Shown here piece by piece: positions 47,005 to 55,855 of a stretch of 56,248 nt of DNA. The DNA lies in the IMG/VR virus record IMGVR_UViG_3300033149_003977, positions 1 to 56,248 of that record; one strand, written 5' to 3'. The notes below the pieces were generated by a model. That model was not told where the DNA came from. It did not search any database and saw only the letters and a program-made list of their open reading frames with translations. A program made the position numbers and the translations under genes. The DNA is from a virus. Its lineage: Duplodnaviria > Caudoviricetes. The stretch's first letter is position 1, and each line of letters opens with the position of its first letter.

Positions 47005-48660
47005 ATGTCCGACATAGACAAATTTCTTACGTTGCTGTTCGAGTTCAAGGCCGACGATCATTACATCCTCATCTGGACGCTGCGCGATCACAGAAGTGCG
47101 TGGTTCGCCGACCTGAACCGTGCAATTCGGTTCGTGGAGGAGAAACAAGATCAGGATGTTTACGTCGGCGTGGGATTGGCGGGATCCGACCTGGGACGCA
47201 TGAACCGAGCTGCGGAGAACCAGATAGTTGCACTGACCGGATTCTGTGTAGACGCAGATTACGCTAATGGTGTCCACAAGAAGTCGAATCTGCCGCCAGA
47301 GACAAACGCTTTGCAAATGTTGCGCGAAATGCCTCTTCCTCCCACCGTGATAACATCTACAGGCCACGGGTATCACGGTTGGTGGCTTTTCAAGGAACCG
47401 TGGGCCATCGAAACGGCGGAGGAACAGGCGGAATTGAAGTGGCTTTCCTGGGCCTGGGGGAAAATCTATAGGGACAAGGCAGAAGCGCAAGGGTGGACGG
47501 CGGACAGTGTGTTCGATCTAGCGCGCGTGATGCGCGTTCCAGGAACGATGAACTGCAAGGAAGCCACCCATGTGCGCGCGACCATCGTGGAAACGAACGA
47601 CTGGCGCGCGGGTGATCTGGATGCATTTTATGAGTTCTTACCAGAACCTGATCCGTCGTTTTTGTTGCCTGCAACCGAGATCGCCAAAACGGTCGGTAAT
47701 GGATTGACGCTTTCGCCCGACGCCGAACCTCCAGCGGAAAAACTCCAAATTCTTTTGGCGAACGATCCCAAGTTTGCCAAAACACACGCTAGGAAACGGC
47801 GAGACCTCAGTGATGATTCGCCATCGGGTTACGACATGAGTTTGGCTTGGTACGCCTGTATGGCGGATTGGACGGATCAAGAGATCGCCGATCTGCTCAT
47901 TTCCTGCCGAAGGGCGGCGGGCGACGACCTGAAGTTGCGCACGGATTATTATGCGCGCACCATAGCTAATGCACGAGAATCAGTCGCCAAGTTCACAGCC
48001 ATCGACAACCTGCCGACGCTGGAGCCGGGGGATTCGTCATTCAAGGAACAAATACGAGACATCCTCGGGCGCGACATTGAACGCATCATCAAATACAAAA
48101 CGCCTCGTGGCGGACGGTATTACATTCAGATCGGAAACGAGCGGCATTTGCTCGGCGGGATTTCGACTTTGTACGAACGGCGTCCGTTCTCACACGTCTG
48201 GGCTGACATAACGGGGCAAAGGCTTCCCGCTATGGACAAATCCAAGTGGGCGAGATTGAGTCAACTGTTGCTCGCCTTCTGCGCCCAGGGGGAGGAGGTC
48301 GATTTGGGGGCGGAGAGTTCGGAGATTGGACAGGTGACAGAATGGCTGGACGACTATTTGCGCAGCCACGAACCGGAGATGGAAAAAGACCGGATAAATG
48401 ACGCCGTCGCGCGGGGGGAACCGGTGGTCATAAACGGTCATGTATGTATCTATTTGCGGTCATTCAAAACGTGGTTGAAGACGATCCTGATGGTGAAATT
48501 GGACGAGACGATGGTGAGCGTCGCCATCCGCGCTATGGGCGGTGAGTCCGTGCCGGTCTATTATCGACCTAAAGGCAAAAGTCGCACATCGCGCGGGTAT
48601 TGGCAATTGCCAGAACGCTTTGCAATCGAGGAACTAGAACCATTGGCGGAAAATGCATAA
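47005..48660 (+). CDS. RepB-like (AEP-related) DNA primase
   Basis: CVDAD, PPTVITSTGHGYHGWWLF, DLARVMRVPGTMN, DDSPSGYD. Confidence 0.8.
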   Translation: MSDIDKFLTLLFEFKADDHYILIWTLRDHRSAWFADLNRAIRFVEEKQDQDVYVGVGLAGSDLGRMNRAAENQIVALTGFCVDADYANGVHKKSNLPPETNALQMLREMPLPPTVITSTGHGYHGWWLFKEPWAIETAEEQAELKWLSWAWGKIYRDKAEAQGWTADSVFDLARVMRVPGTMNCKEATHVRATIVETNDWRAGDLDAFYEFLPEPDPSFLLPATEIAKTVGNGLTLSPDAEPPAEKLQILLANDPKFAKTHARKRRDLSDDSPSGYDMSLAWYACMADWTDQEIADLLISCRRAAGDDLKLRTDYYARTIANARESVAKFTAIDNLPTLEPGDSSFKEQIRDILGRDIERIIKYKTPRGGRYYIQIGNERHLLGGISTLYERRPFSHVWADITGQRLPAMDKSKWARLSQLLLAFCAQGEEVDLGAESSEIGQVTEWLDDYLRSHEPEMEKDRINDAVARGEPVVINGHVCIYLRSFKTWLKTILMVKLDETMVSVAIRAMGGESVPVYYRPKGKSRTSRGYWQLPERFAIEELEPLAENA

Positions 48661-48702
48661 CGTGACAAATGTCGCGTTTGTGGAAGCCGTTGGGAGGTTG
48701 AC

Positions 48703-50325
48703 GTGGCACAGGAATATCGCGTATATGGGCCCCCAGGATGTGGAAAGACGACCTGGATCAAAAATCAGATCGAACGAGCGGTCAAAATATACGAGCCAGA
48801 GGACATCATCGTAACATCGTTCACCAAAGCCGCTGCTGTGGAGGTGGCAGGACGTGATCTGCCCATTCCGGACGAAAATATTGGAACTCTTCATGCGCTG
48901 TGTTACCGTGCACTTGGTCGTCCGACCATCGCGGAGACGCGAATTTCGGAGTGGAATGAGCGGGCGAGTGGAGACAATCGGTTGACGGGTGGCAAAATTG
49001 ACCTGGACGAACCCGCGACCGAGGCCGTTTTTGGGTCGTGGGGAGATGAGATGCTGAATGCATACAATGTCCTCCGCGCCAGAATGATCCCAAGGGAACG
49101 TTGGCCAGAAACCGTCCTTCGGTGGGCTGATGAGTGGGAGGAATGGAAAGCCGAAGGTGCGTATGTCGACTTCGGGGACATGATTCGTTTGGGATACGAG
49201 GAAATGGATGAAGCCCCAGGTAATCCCAAAGTAATTTTCGCCGATGAGGTGCAGGACATGAATGTGTTAGAACTTGCACTCCTGCGAAAGTGGGGCGAAC
49301 GGTGTCAAACGTTCGTCCTCGTTGGCGACGAGGATCAAAGCATTTATAAATTTCGTGGTGTTCAATCAGATGCATTTCTCGATCCGGTGTTGTCCGCCGA
49401 AAACCAACGCACACTTTCACAGTCGTACCGTGTGCCGCGTGCAGTTTATGACGTCTCACAACGATGGATCAGACGAGTTCGACGGCGGCAGAAAAAAGAT
49501 TATCAGCCTCGTGACGTCGACGGAAATGTCACATATGGTGTGGGATTCCGTTGGCGCGATCCGAACGATTTGATACAAGCGATATTGGCGGACATCGAGC
49601 GAGAAAAAAGGATTATGTTACTGGCGTCATGCAGCTACATGCTGAAACCAACGATCAAACTGCTTCGCGAACAAGGTATTCCATTCTGGAACCCGTACCG
49701 TCGCAAACGCGGCGACTGGAATCCATTACGTTATGTCAACAAGGGCGTTTCATCATGTGACCGGCTCATGGCTTTTCTACGCCCCGACAGTGACGTATGG
49801 GGGCCAGCGGCCCGCAGTTGGACTTACAGCGATGTGCGGGATTTTGTCAAAGTCCTCAGGTCGGATTGCGGTCTGAAACGCGGGGCGAAAAAGAAATTGG
49901 ATGATTTGCCCGCTGACCACAGACACAAAGAAGCTAATTTGGTATGGCTTTTGGAAAACGTGTTTGAGGAACGGGCGATGGATCGAGCGTTTGAGCTGGA
50001 TGTACAGTGGTTCGAGGACTCGTTGCTGAAGAGCAAACGGCGTGTTATGGAATTTCCCCTGCGGGTCTACGAATCCCAAGGGGGAAAAGGTTTGACGGAC
50101 GCGCCAAAATTGATCATCGGCACGATTCACAGCGTGAAGGGAGGTGAGGCGGATGCGGTTTATCTGTTCCCCGATCTGAGCAAAGCGGGTTGGGGGGAAT
50201 GGGCGGAGACGGATCCCGATGCAGTAGTCCGACAGTTTTATGTCGGCATGACGCGAGCGAAAGAAACGTTGACGATTTGTCAATCATCAAGCGGTTATTG
50301 TGTGCCGCTAGAAGGAGAAATATGA
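48703..50325 (+). CDS. UvrD/Rep SF1 helicase
   Basis: GPPGCGKT, TLHALC, DEVQD, GDEDQSIYKFRG, QSYRVP, TIHSVKGGEAD, YVGMTRAK. Confidence 0.92.
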   Translation: MAQEYRVYGPPGCGKTTWIKNQIERAVKIYEPEDIIVTSFTKAAAVEVAGRDLPIPDENIGTLHALCYRALGRPTIAETRISEWNERASGDNRLTGGKIDLDEPATEAVFGSWGDEMLNAYNVLRARMIPRERWPETVLRWADEWEEWKAEGAYVDFGDMIRLGYEEMDEAPGNPKVIFADEVQDMNVLELALLRKWGERCQTFVLVGDEDQSIYKFRGVQSDAFLDPVLSAENQRTLSQSYRVPRAVYDVSQRWIRRVRRRQKKDYQPRDVDGNVTYGVGFRWRDPNDLIQAILADIEREKRIMLLASCSYMLKPTIKLLREQGIPFWNPYRRKRGDWNPLRYVNKGVSSCDRLMAFLRPDSDVWGPAARSWTYSDVRDFVKVLRSDCGLKRGAKKKLDDLPADHRHKEANLVWLLENVFEERAMDRAFELDVQWFEDSLLKSKRRVMEFPLRVYESQGGKGLTDAPKLIIGTIHSVKGGEADAVYLFPDLSKAGWGEWAETDPDAVVRQFYVGMTRAKETLTICQSSSGYCVPLEGEI

Positions 50326-50492
50326 AGTGGCGAGATTTTGTGAAGACATGCCGCGGTGAACGGTCGAAAACACAACCGGTCGAGGTAATCATCAAAATTC
50401 TGGTGGCGGTTGTGTGGGACATGGTGCTGGACATAGAGAATTTAAAGAAAAGGATCGAATACCTGGAAGGAACAGCGGGAAATGTGAGATGA
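50322..50492 (+). CDS. Small hypothetical protein
   Basis: AAGGAG RBS; ATGA overlaps at both ends. Confidence 0.55.
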   Translation: MKWRDFVKTCRGERSKTQPVEVIIKILVAVVWDMVLDIENLKKRIEYLEGTAGNVR

Positions 50493-50983
50493 AAAAATGT
50501 AACCCCGTGACGCCATCGGAAATCGTGGCGTTTTATCGGAAAACGCGCAGTATAAAATCCACCGCGAGATTGCTTCACATCAGCGAACGAACGGCGAAAA
50601 AGGTCTTGGTTGACGCGGGTATTGTGCCCGAGAGAATGCGCGCTAGTCCCACGCGAAGTCGCGACTGGGACGCGATTATTCCTGCAATCGTTGCGCTGCA
50701 CGACAAGGGATTTTCACAAGCCAAAATTGCCGCAACGTTGCATTACAGCAAAAACACTGTGCGAAAGGCGCTTATGCGCGCAGGCAGAATTGGCAAGATC
50801 AAATGTCACGATAAGGAGGAAAAACGATGTAAAACATGTAATATCATTTTGCGGTTCAGCGGTGATGAACTTCATCCCAACGACGATCCAAAGGAAACCG
50901 ATGAGTGCTGGGCGTGCAAAGAACGAGCGAAAAGGATAATGCGTCTAGGAAGAAAAGGAGAAAAAAATGACAATCGAATTTGA
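50489..50983 (+). CDS. Double-HTH protein with C-terminal Zn finger
   Basis: SIKSTARLLHIS, GFSQAKIAATLHYSKNTVRKAL, CKTC..CWAC. Confidence 0.75.
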   Translation: MKKCNPVTPSEIVAFYRKTRSIKSTARLLHISERTAKKVLVDAGIVPERMRASPTRSRDWDAIIPAIVALHDKGFSQAKIAATLHYSKNTVRKALMRAGRIGKIKCHDKEEKRCKTCNIILRFSGDELHPNDDPKETDECWACKERAKRIMRLGRKGEKNDNRI

Positions 50984-51245
50984 CAAACTGGAACCGGCAA
51001 TACAGGATGTTGCAATTGCGTCACGACGACTCATCCGACAGGCGTTGACGGACGGATATTTGTGTGGTGTCAAGGATGCTGAACTGTTCGGCGTCCGGGC
51101 TGCAAGGCGGCATTGGGAAGGTGCATTAACAGAATGGTTAATGACGGACGCGCCAAATCCGATGCCGAGGATCACCGTCAAAACGAATCCTACCTCCTCT
51201 CAAACGGGACATGATGGGATTTGCTCTGATCCGGCGGAGGGATAA
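50967..51245 (+). CDS. Hypothetical protein
   Basis: AAGGAG RBS. Confidence 0.55.
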   Translation: MTIEFDKLEPAIQDVAIASRRLIRQALTDGYLCGVKDAELFGVRAARRHWEGALTEWLMTDAPNPMPRITVKTNPTSSQTGHDGICSDPAEG

Positions 51246-51637
51246 TGGACTTTGATGAATATCAAAAAAGCGCGATGCGCACCAAGGGATGGTTTCCCCA
51301 GGAGGTGGAGCAAATGTTGGCTGCTGGACTTGGCATAGCCGGTGAGGCTGGGGAAATCGTCGACGAATTGAAAAAGATATTTTTTCATGGTCGCGCACTT
51401 GATAAAAATAGACTTATCGAGGAGATGGGTGATGAGTTGTGGTATCTTGCACTTTTGTGTGACGCGCTAGACATTTCTATGGATGAACTAGCAACGTACA
51501 ATATTACCAAGCTAGAGAAACGCTATCCCGACGGTTTTTGTCCAGAACGGAGGAGGGATTATGGCCAAATGGATAAAAGTCGAGGATTCATTGCCGGATT
51601 TTCTCGAACCAATATGGATTTATCCAGCATGGGATAA
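51245..51637 (+). CDS. mazG: MazG-like NTP pyrophosphohydrolase
   Basis: GIAGEAGEIVDELKK, EEMGDELWY, NITKLEKRYPDGF. Confidence 0.9.
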   Translation: MDFDEYQKSAMRTKGWFPQEVEQMLAAGLGIAGEAGEIVDELKKIFFHGRALDKNRLIEEMGDELWYLALLCDALDISMDELATYNITKLEKRYPDGFCPERRRDYGQMDKSRGFIAGFSRTNMDLSSMG

Positions 51638-51704
51638 TGAGGTGGTTCGCGGGTATCTATCGTACGAATACAAAAAAATATATCTTTGGCTGCCGAGGAG
51701 CTAA
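51561..51704 (+). CDS. Small DUF551-like protein (47 aa)
   Basis: GGAGG RBS; MAKWIKVEDSLP motif; overlaps the MazG 3' end. Confidence 0.55.
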   Translation: MAKWIKVEDSLPDFLEPIWIYPAWDNEVVRGYLSYEYKKIYLWLPRS

Positions 51705-51724
51705 AATGAATTGGAGAGGACGGC

Positions 51725-51940
51725 ATGAAATTTTGGGTCAACTACGGAGACGGCAAGGGGTGGCGAGAGATGTCGCAAAGAGACGTGAGGAGGGTGCTTG
51801 CGCGTCACTTCGACAACCCGGACGATATCTTGTCAGAACTGAGGACGGGGCAGGTATGGACATCTCTCCCTTTATGTCTTCTATATCAGATGGCATATCT
51901 GATACAGATGACCCAGAGAAGCGAGGCCCTGCCATCGTGA
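51725..51940 (+). CDS. Hypothetical protein (possible -1 extension to 51969)
   Basis: GAGGA RBS; C_CCU_UUA heptamer at 51868-74. Confidence 0.55.
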   Translation: MKFWVNYGDGKGWREMSQRDVRRVLARHFDNPDDILSELRTGQVWTSLPLCLLYQMAYLIQMTQRSEALPS

Positions 51941-51983
51941 AGTTGCGGTTCGACGTGCCTGAAAACTGAGAAAGGAGATTCAT

Positions 51984-52151
51984 GTGGAAGGATTCCGTTT
52001 TTATTGGACGATTTGTTGGTGGCACTGGGGACTCGGATTTTACGCGGCCAAGATACCCACGACTTTTCCGTACGTGTCCTTTTCCGTCCAGGTGGGACCG
52101 TTGATCGTGGGAGTGTGGTATGCGGCTGAAAAAACGGAGGGAGCACCATGA
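51984..52151 (+). CDS. Small aromatic-rich hypothetical protein (55 aa)
   Basis: AAGGAG RBS + GTG; stop overlaps the next ATG. Confidence 0.5.
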   Translation: MEGFRFYWTICWWHWGLGFYAAKIPTTFPYVSFSVQVGPLIVGVWYAAEKTEGAP

Positions 52152-52972
52152 CCGAAACCAAGAAGTTGAGCAAGCAACGGGCAGCGTTTGAACGCGGGAA
52201 AGACGTCGGAGGCAAAATCGGCGCGGGCGCGGCCACCGGCGTGGGCGTCGCGTTCGGCGCGGTAAGTGAATTCAAAAGGAGGTTAGATGATAGATTTGGG
52301 GCGGGAAAAGTTTGCGCGGCGTTGGTCGGCTTGGCAATTGCAATCACTCTCGTTGTCACTCCAACTCCCGCGACGGGTGATAGTGAGAAAACAGTACAAA
52401 CCGCCGAAGAACACGCGACCACGGAATCAACGGCCAGAGGCGTTGCTCCCGTTGGCGCGGCGGAAGCTTCGATGGCAGTAGCCGTTCATGCGGAGTCGTC
52501 GGAATCCAGTCCGCCAAATCAAAAGAACATCTCGCAGTTGGCCGACGTGCCGTATGGCGAGATTATCTTGCGTGAGGCGATTCGTGTGGACATCCCCTGG
52601 CAGATCATTGCCGCCGTTATCCAACAGGAATCGGCGTTCAATCCCAAAGCGGTTTCGCGTGACGGCCACTTCTCACGCGGGTTGGGCCAATTCCTGCGCG
52701 GGACTTGGGCCGAAGTGACGAGAGGGAAGGGATGGACGTGGGATGATGCTTTTGTACCGGACAAAAACATCTGGGCGACGGCGCAATATCTGGACTATGT
52801 GCGCAAAAAGGTGGCGAAACCAGGAATGACCGAAGCGGATATAGTGTACGCAATGGTGGTCGCGTACAACTGGGGGCCAGGTAATGTGCTTAAATACGGT
52901 CGAGACGCAGCCCCAACGGCCACACGAAGGTACGCTTACAACGTATGCAAAGCAGCGGGGTACGTGAAATGA
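52148..52972 (+). CDS. Membrane-anchored lytic transglycosylase (SLT domain)
   Basis: AVIQQESAFNPKAVS, GLGQF, AYNWGPGNV; N-terminal TM segment. Confidence 0.88.
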   Translation: MTETKKLSKQRAAFERGKDVGGKIGAGAATGVGVAFGAVSEFKRRLDDRFGAGKVCAALVGLAIAITLVVTPTPATGDSEKTVQTAEEHATTESTARGVAPVGAAEASMAVAVHAESSESSPPNQKNISQLADVPYGEIILREAIRVDIPWQIIAAVIQQESAFNPKAVSRDGHFSRGLGQFLRGTWAEVTRGKGWTWDDAFVPDKNIWATAQYLDYVRKKVAKPGMTEADIVYAMVVAYNWGPGNVLKYGRDAAPTATRRYAYNVCKAAGYVK

Positions 52973-53020
52973 AAATCTTGGATTTTGATTTGATGAATAT
53001 CAGAGAAAAGGAGAACTCAG

Positions 53021-53530
53021 ATGAACGTTGAATTGATCGTTTCGTTGAAAGACGCAAACACGGACGAGCCGATCCAAACGCCGGACGCCAAGATCGATGT
53101 GTTGGCTTTGATCGGCTGGCGGTGGAGACCGCTGGATGTAAAAATGAGATTCGTGCCCGAGCACATGCCGGACGCGAAAGACGCGCATTGGCGGGGTACC
53201 ATCACTGACCTCGTGGAGGGAACGGCAATCGCCGTAATCGCTGAGGTGCCAGGCCAATATGCAAAGTGGATTTCCCTATCGCCGACGTTGACGACCAGGG
53301 AATATCAGGCTGTGATGAGTTTGCAGCGATTGACGTTACCCGCGATTGTCAACCCGCAAATCACGGTCAACTATCGTCACACAACTATGTCGTTGCCGGA
53401 GATCGTGAAACAATTGCGGTCGCGCGGTTACCGGAATGAAACTGGGAACTTGGAAACAGACGTCGCGTTCCGAGCATTGGAATTCCTGACCGGAATGGAG
53501 CGACATGACCGAGGGGGTGATGATGAATGA
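53021..53530 (+). CDS. Hypothetical protein
   Basis: AAGGAG RBS; 169 aa. Confidence 0.65.
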   Translation: MNVELIVSLKDANTDEPIQTPDAKIDVLALIGWRWRPLDVKMRFVPEHMPDAKDAHWRGTITDLVEGTAIAVIAEVPGQYAKWISLSPTLTTREYQAVMSLQRLTLPAIVNPQITVNYRHTTMSLPEIVKQLRSRGYRNETGNLETDVAFRALEFLTGMERHDRGGDDE

Positions 53531-53846
53531 AGAACGACTTATGAAAATATCAGCGAGGCGTGCAAAGCTCAAAGCGGAGGCTGAGAATGCAAAGCTGCGA
53601 TTGCAATTTTATGACGCTTTCGGATGTGTGCCGGATATAGTCAACGGAACTGAGGGAGAGGCGCGGGTTGGTACAATCGTCTTCACCCGAAATTTGCGCA
53701 TAGCCGGAAACCTCAGTTGGACTGCAAAATGGCGATGCACGCGATGTGGCGAATCGGTGGTCGGAAACATATCCGGATTGGCGACGTTGGACAAGTATTT
53801 TTGCGCCATTGACAAACATAAAGAGTTTTGTGGAGGAAAGTTTTAA
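53520..53846 (+). CDS. Hypothetical protein with CxxC
   Basis: CTRCG; overlapping gene junctions. Confidence 0.6.
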   Translation: MMNEERLMKISARRAKLKAEAENAKLRLQFYDAFGCVPDIVNGTEGEARVGTIVFTRNLRIAGNLSWTAKWRCTRCGESVVGNISGLATLDKYFCAIDKHKEFCGGKF

Positions 53847-54079
53847 TGAGCAAAAAATTGCCGCCGACGAAATTCATTCGCTGTTCCCATATCGCCGCGT
53901 GGGAAGCGGAAGATACTAATGACGGGTTTCGGTTCTGGATCAATGATGAAACCGTGCTTGTGCTTTGTGACCGATGTGTAGAACGACTGCGCGGTGTCAT
54001 TCTGGCTGATCTGTATCGCGAAGGCGTCGCTCTTTGGGCCAAGCGGGGATGGGATCGCGGATGGGGCAAACGAGGATGA
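53846..54079 (+). CDS. Hypothetical protein with CxxC
   Basis: GGAGG RBS; LCDRC. Confidence 0.55.
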   Translation: MSKKLPPTKFIRCSHIAAWEAEDTNDGFRFWINDETVLVLCDRCVERLRGVILADLYREGVALWAKRGWDRGWGKRG

Positions 54080-54366
54080 TTTCAGAAAAGCGAATCTGCG
54101 GGAAAATCCTGAAGTGGTTGAATGCACAACCGGAAACGCGAGCCATAAAGATCCACGGCGACCAGTATTTGATCAATGAACCAGACATTATCGGATGCCG
54201 CGACGGTCGTTTTTTCGCCATCGAGGTGAAACGGCCTGGGAAAGCCACACGGGTGGGCCAAAAGGCCATTCATCGACTGTGGCGTAGAGCCGGAGGGAAT
54301 GTGATCGTGGCGACGAGCCTGACCGAAGCCCAGAATTGGTGGGCTGAATGGATTGCGGAAGAGTAA
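54076..54366 (+). CDS. VRR-NUC nuclease (Holliday junction resolvase-like)
   Basis: SEKRI..I, EPDIIGCRDGRFFAIEVKRPG, GQK. Confidence 0.85.
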   Translation: MISEKRICGKILKWLNAQPETRAIKIHGDQYLINEPDIIGCRDGRFFAIEVKRPGKATRVGQKAIHRLWRRAGGNVIVATSLTEAQNWWAEWIAEE

Positions 54367-54398
54367 CGGAAACGATTTACCAGAAGTTTTCGGAACAG

Positions 54399-54436
54399 AA
54401 TGCGCGGAAAAATCAATCCGCGCATTTCGTTTTTTA
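54399..54436 (+). terminator. Rho-independent terminator
   Basis: AATGCGCGGA/TCCGCGCATT stem followed by TCGTTTTTT. Confidence 0.75.
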
Positions 54437-54480
54437 TAAAGAATACAGATTTTTAACTTTTGCTATCAAAAATGTCTATT

Positions 54481-54603
54481 TTGCAACTATGACAAAATGT
54501 CAAAAATATCTGTCTTGCAACTATGACAAAATGTCAGGAAATGTCAAAAAATGTCGGATTTGCCCTTTGCGGCGAATTCCCGAGTGTCAAAAATTTGTCA
54601 AAG
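54481..54603. repeat. 22-bp direct repeat and TGTCA motif array
   Basis: TTGCAACTATGACAAAATGTCA at 54481 and 54515, plus further TGTCA half-sites. Confidence 0.8.
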
Positions 54604-54621
54604 ATTTCCTTGTTTTTTCTC

Positions 54622-54650
54622 TTGACATTCAATGTAAGTTCTGCTATAAT
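54622..54650 (+). promoter_or_regulatory. Consensus promoter, third copy
   Basis: TTGACA-17-TATAAT; leader nearly identical to 42313-42384. Confidence 0.88.
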
Positions 54651-54684
54651 ATTTTCGAGAATGAGAGATGAAGGAGGGATTGAA

Positions 54685-55017
54685 ATGAAATTTCGAAAGG
54701 TTTTGTGGCAGGGTAATCGTCCGGTTCGCGGGTACGTCCGTGAGGACTTGCCCGAATCGATTGAAAAGACCCTTCATCGACTTGCAATCGAGTTGACGGA
54801 GATGGATGAATACGGTGTTTCGCTCGCTTGGGAAGCCTTCGTTCACCACGACGACTTTGCGTGGACGGTCGGACGATTTGAGCGAATATCGTTTACTAGC
54901 CACGAACCCGTTGGGGAACTAAATATTGACGGGTACAAATTCGAAGTCTGGGCCGTGAAGGACACAGAAGTTTGGCATCGACCTATAGTAGATGCCTGGA
55001 TAAAGTTTGTTGGATGA
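54685..55017 (+). CDS. Hypothetical protein
   Basis: AAGGAGG RBS; MKFRKVLW. Confidence 0.7.
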   Translation: MKFRKVLWQGNRPVRGYVREDLPESIEKTLHRLAIELTEMDEYGVSLAWEAFVHHDDFAWTVGRFERISFTSHEPVGELNIDGYKFEVWAVKDTEVWHRPIVDAWIKFVG

Positions 55018-55027
55018 AAGGAGAGAA

Positions 55028-55345
55028 ATGGGATTTGGAGTTAGGAGTCGGCGGGTTCCTTGGGACGAGAGGGGACGGGGGATCACCCGTTACCTCCAAA
55101 TGCGCGGGCATCAATTGAGGGAGAGGGATGTTTGTGGACAGCTCGTCCGAGATATTCCGGTGAATTTGTCGCTGGGAGAATTGACGAATATTGCAATGAT
55201 CCTCGACCTGAACGATGCGTACGAGGCGGTTATAGACGCCGAAGACCTCTCGTTCGCTATCCGTACGTTTCCTCAAAAGTACGGATTAACGACGGAGGAC
55301 GCGAAGTTGATCGCTCGCTTTGCAGAATTGAATTGGATGTTTTAA
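55028..55345 (+). CDS. Hypothetical protein, paralogue A
   Basis: Collinear with 55431-55760. Confidence 0.75.
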   Translation: MGFGVRSRRVPWDERGRGITRYLQMRGHQLRERDVCGQLVRDIPVNLSLGELTNIAMILDLNDAYEAVIDAEDLSFAIRTFPQKYGLTTEDAKLIARFAELNWMF

Positions 55346-55848
55346 TCGCTGAGGAACGGATTTCCCCGTTCCTCCAAGTCTCTCTCCCGTAGAGAGACTT
55401 GGAGGGATCGAGAAACACAGAAAGGAGAGAATGATGGGATTCAGAATCAGAAGCCGGTGGATTCCAAAGTCGGAGAAAGGGCGAAAGGTTGCTCGCTACC
55501 TGCGAGCGCGCGGGTACGACGCGCGTAATCGGGAGGTCTGCGGACGATATGTCTGCAATCTCCCGATGTTCGCCGAATTGACGCATGAGGAATTCGGTGA
55601 AATCGCGATAATTTTGGACTCGGAGCGGGCGTATGACGAGTGGTGGAATTCGGTGGAACTCGCGGGTGCTATCCGCGAGCAGCCCGAAGAGTACGGATAT
55701 ACCACCACCGAGGATGCGGTCGAAGCCGCCGACCGCATCGAACGAGATTGGATGTTCTAGTCACTGAGGAACGGGTTTCCCCGTTCCTCCAAGTCCCTCT
55801 CTCGTAGAGAGACTTGGAGGGATTGAGAAACTGTAGAACTGAAAGGAG
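55346..55848 (+). repeat. Two copies of an ~80-nt double-hairpin spacer (55346-55427, 55761-55848)
   Basis: GAGGAACGG/CCGTTCCTC and CTCCAAGTC..GACTTGGAG stems followed by AAAGGAG. Confidence 0.88.
55431..55760 (+). CDS. Hypothetical protein, paralogue B
   Basis: MGF.(V/I)RSR...RYL..RG...VCG...WMF shared with paralogue A. Confidence 0.75.
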   Translation: MMGFRIRSRWIPKSEKGRKVARYLRARGYDARNREVCGRYVCNLPMFAELTHEEFGEIAIILDSERAYDEWWNSVELAGAIREQPEEYGYTTTEDAVEAADRIERDWMF

Positions 55849-55855
55849 AAAAACA

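Noticed and set aside
51938-52129. Second Sec readthrough (TGA-AGT-TGC) after ORF 51725
   Set aside because: No convincing SECIS hairpin; the region is better explained by ORF 51984-52151 with its own RBS
55349-55416. CUGAGGA...GAAAC in the duplicated spacer as a hammerhead ribozyme
   Set aside because: GAAA does not follow stem II, and stems I/III with a UH cleavage site cannot be formed
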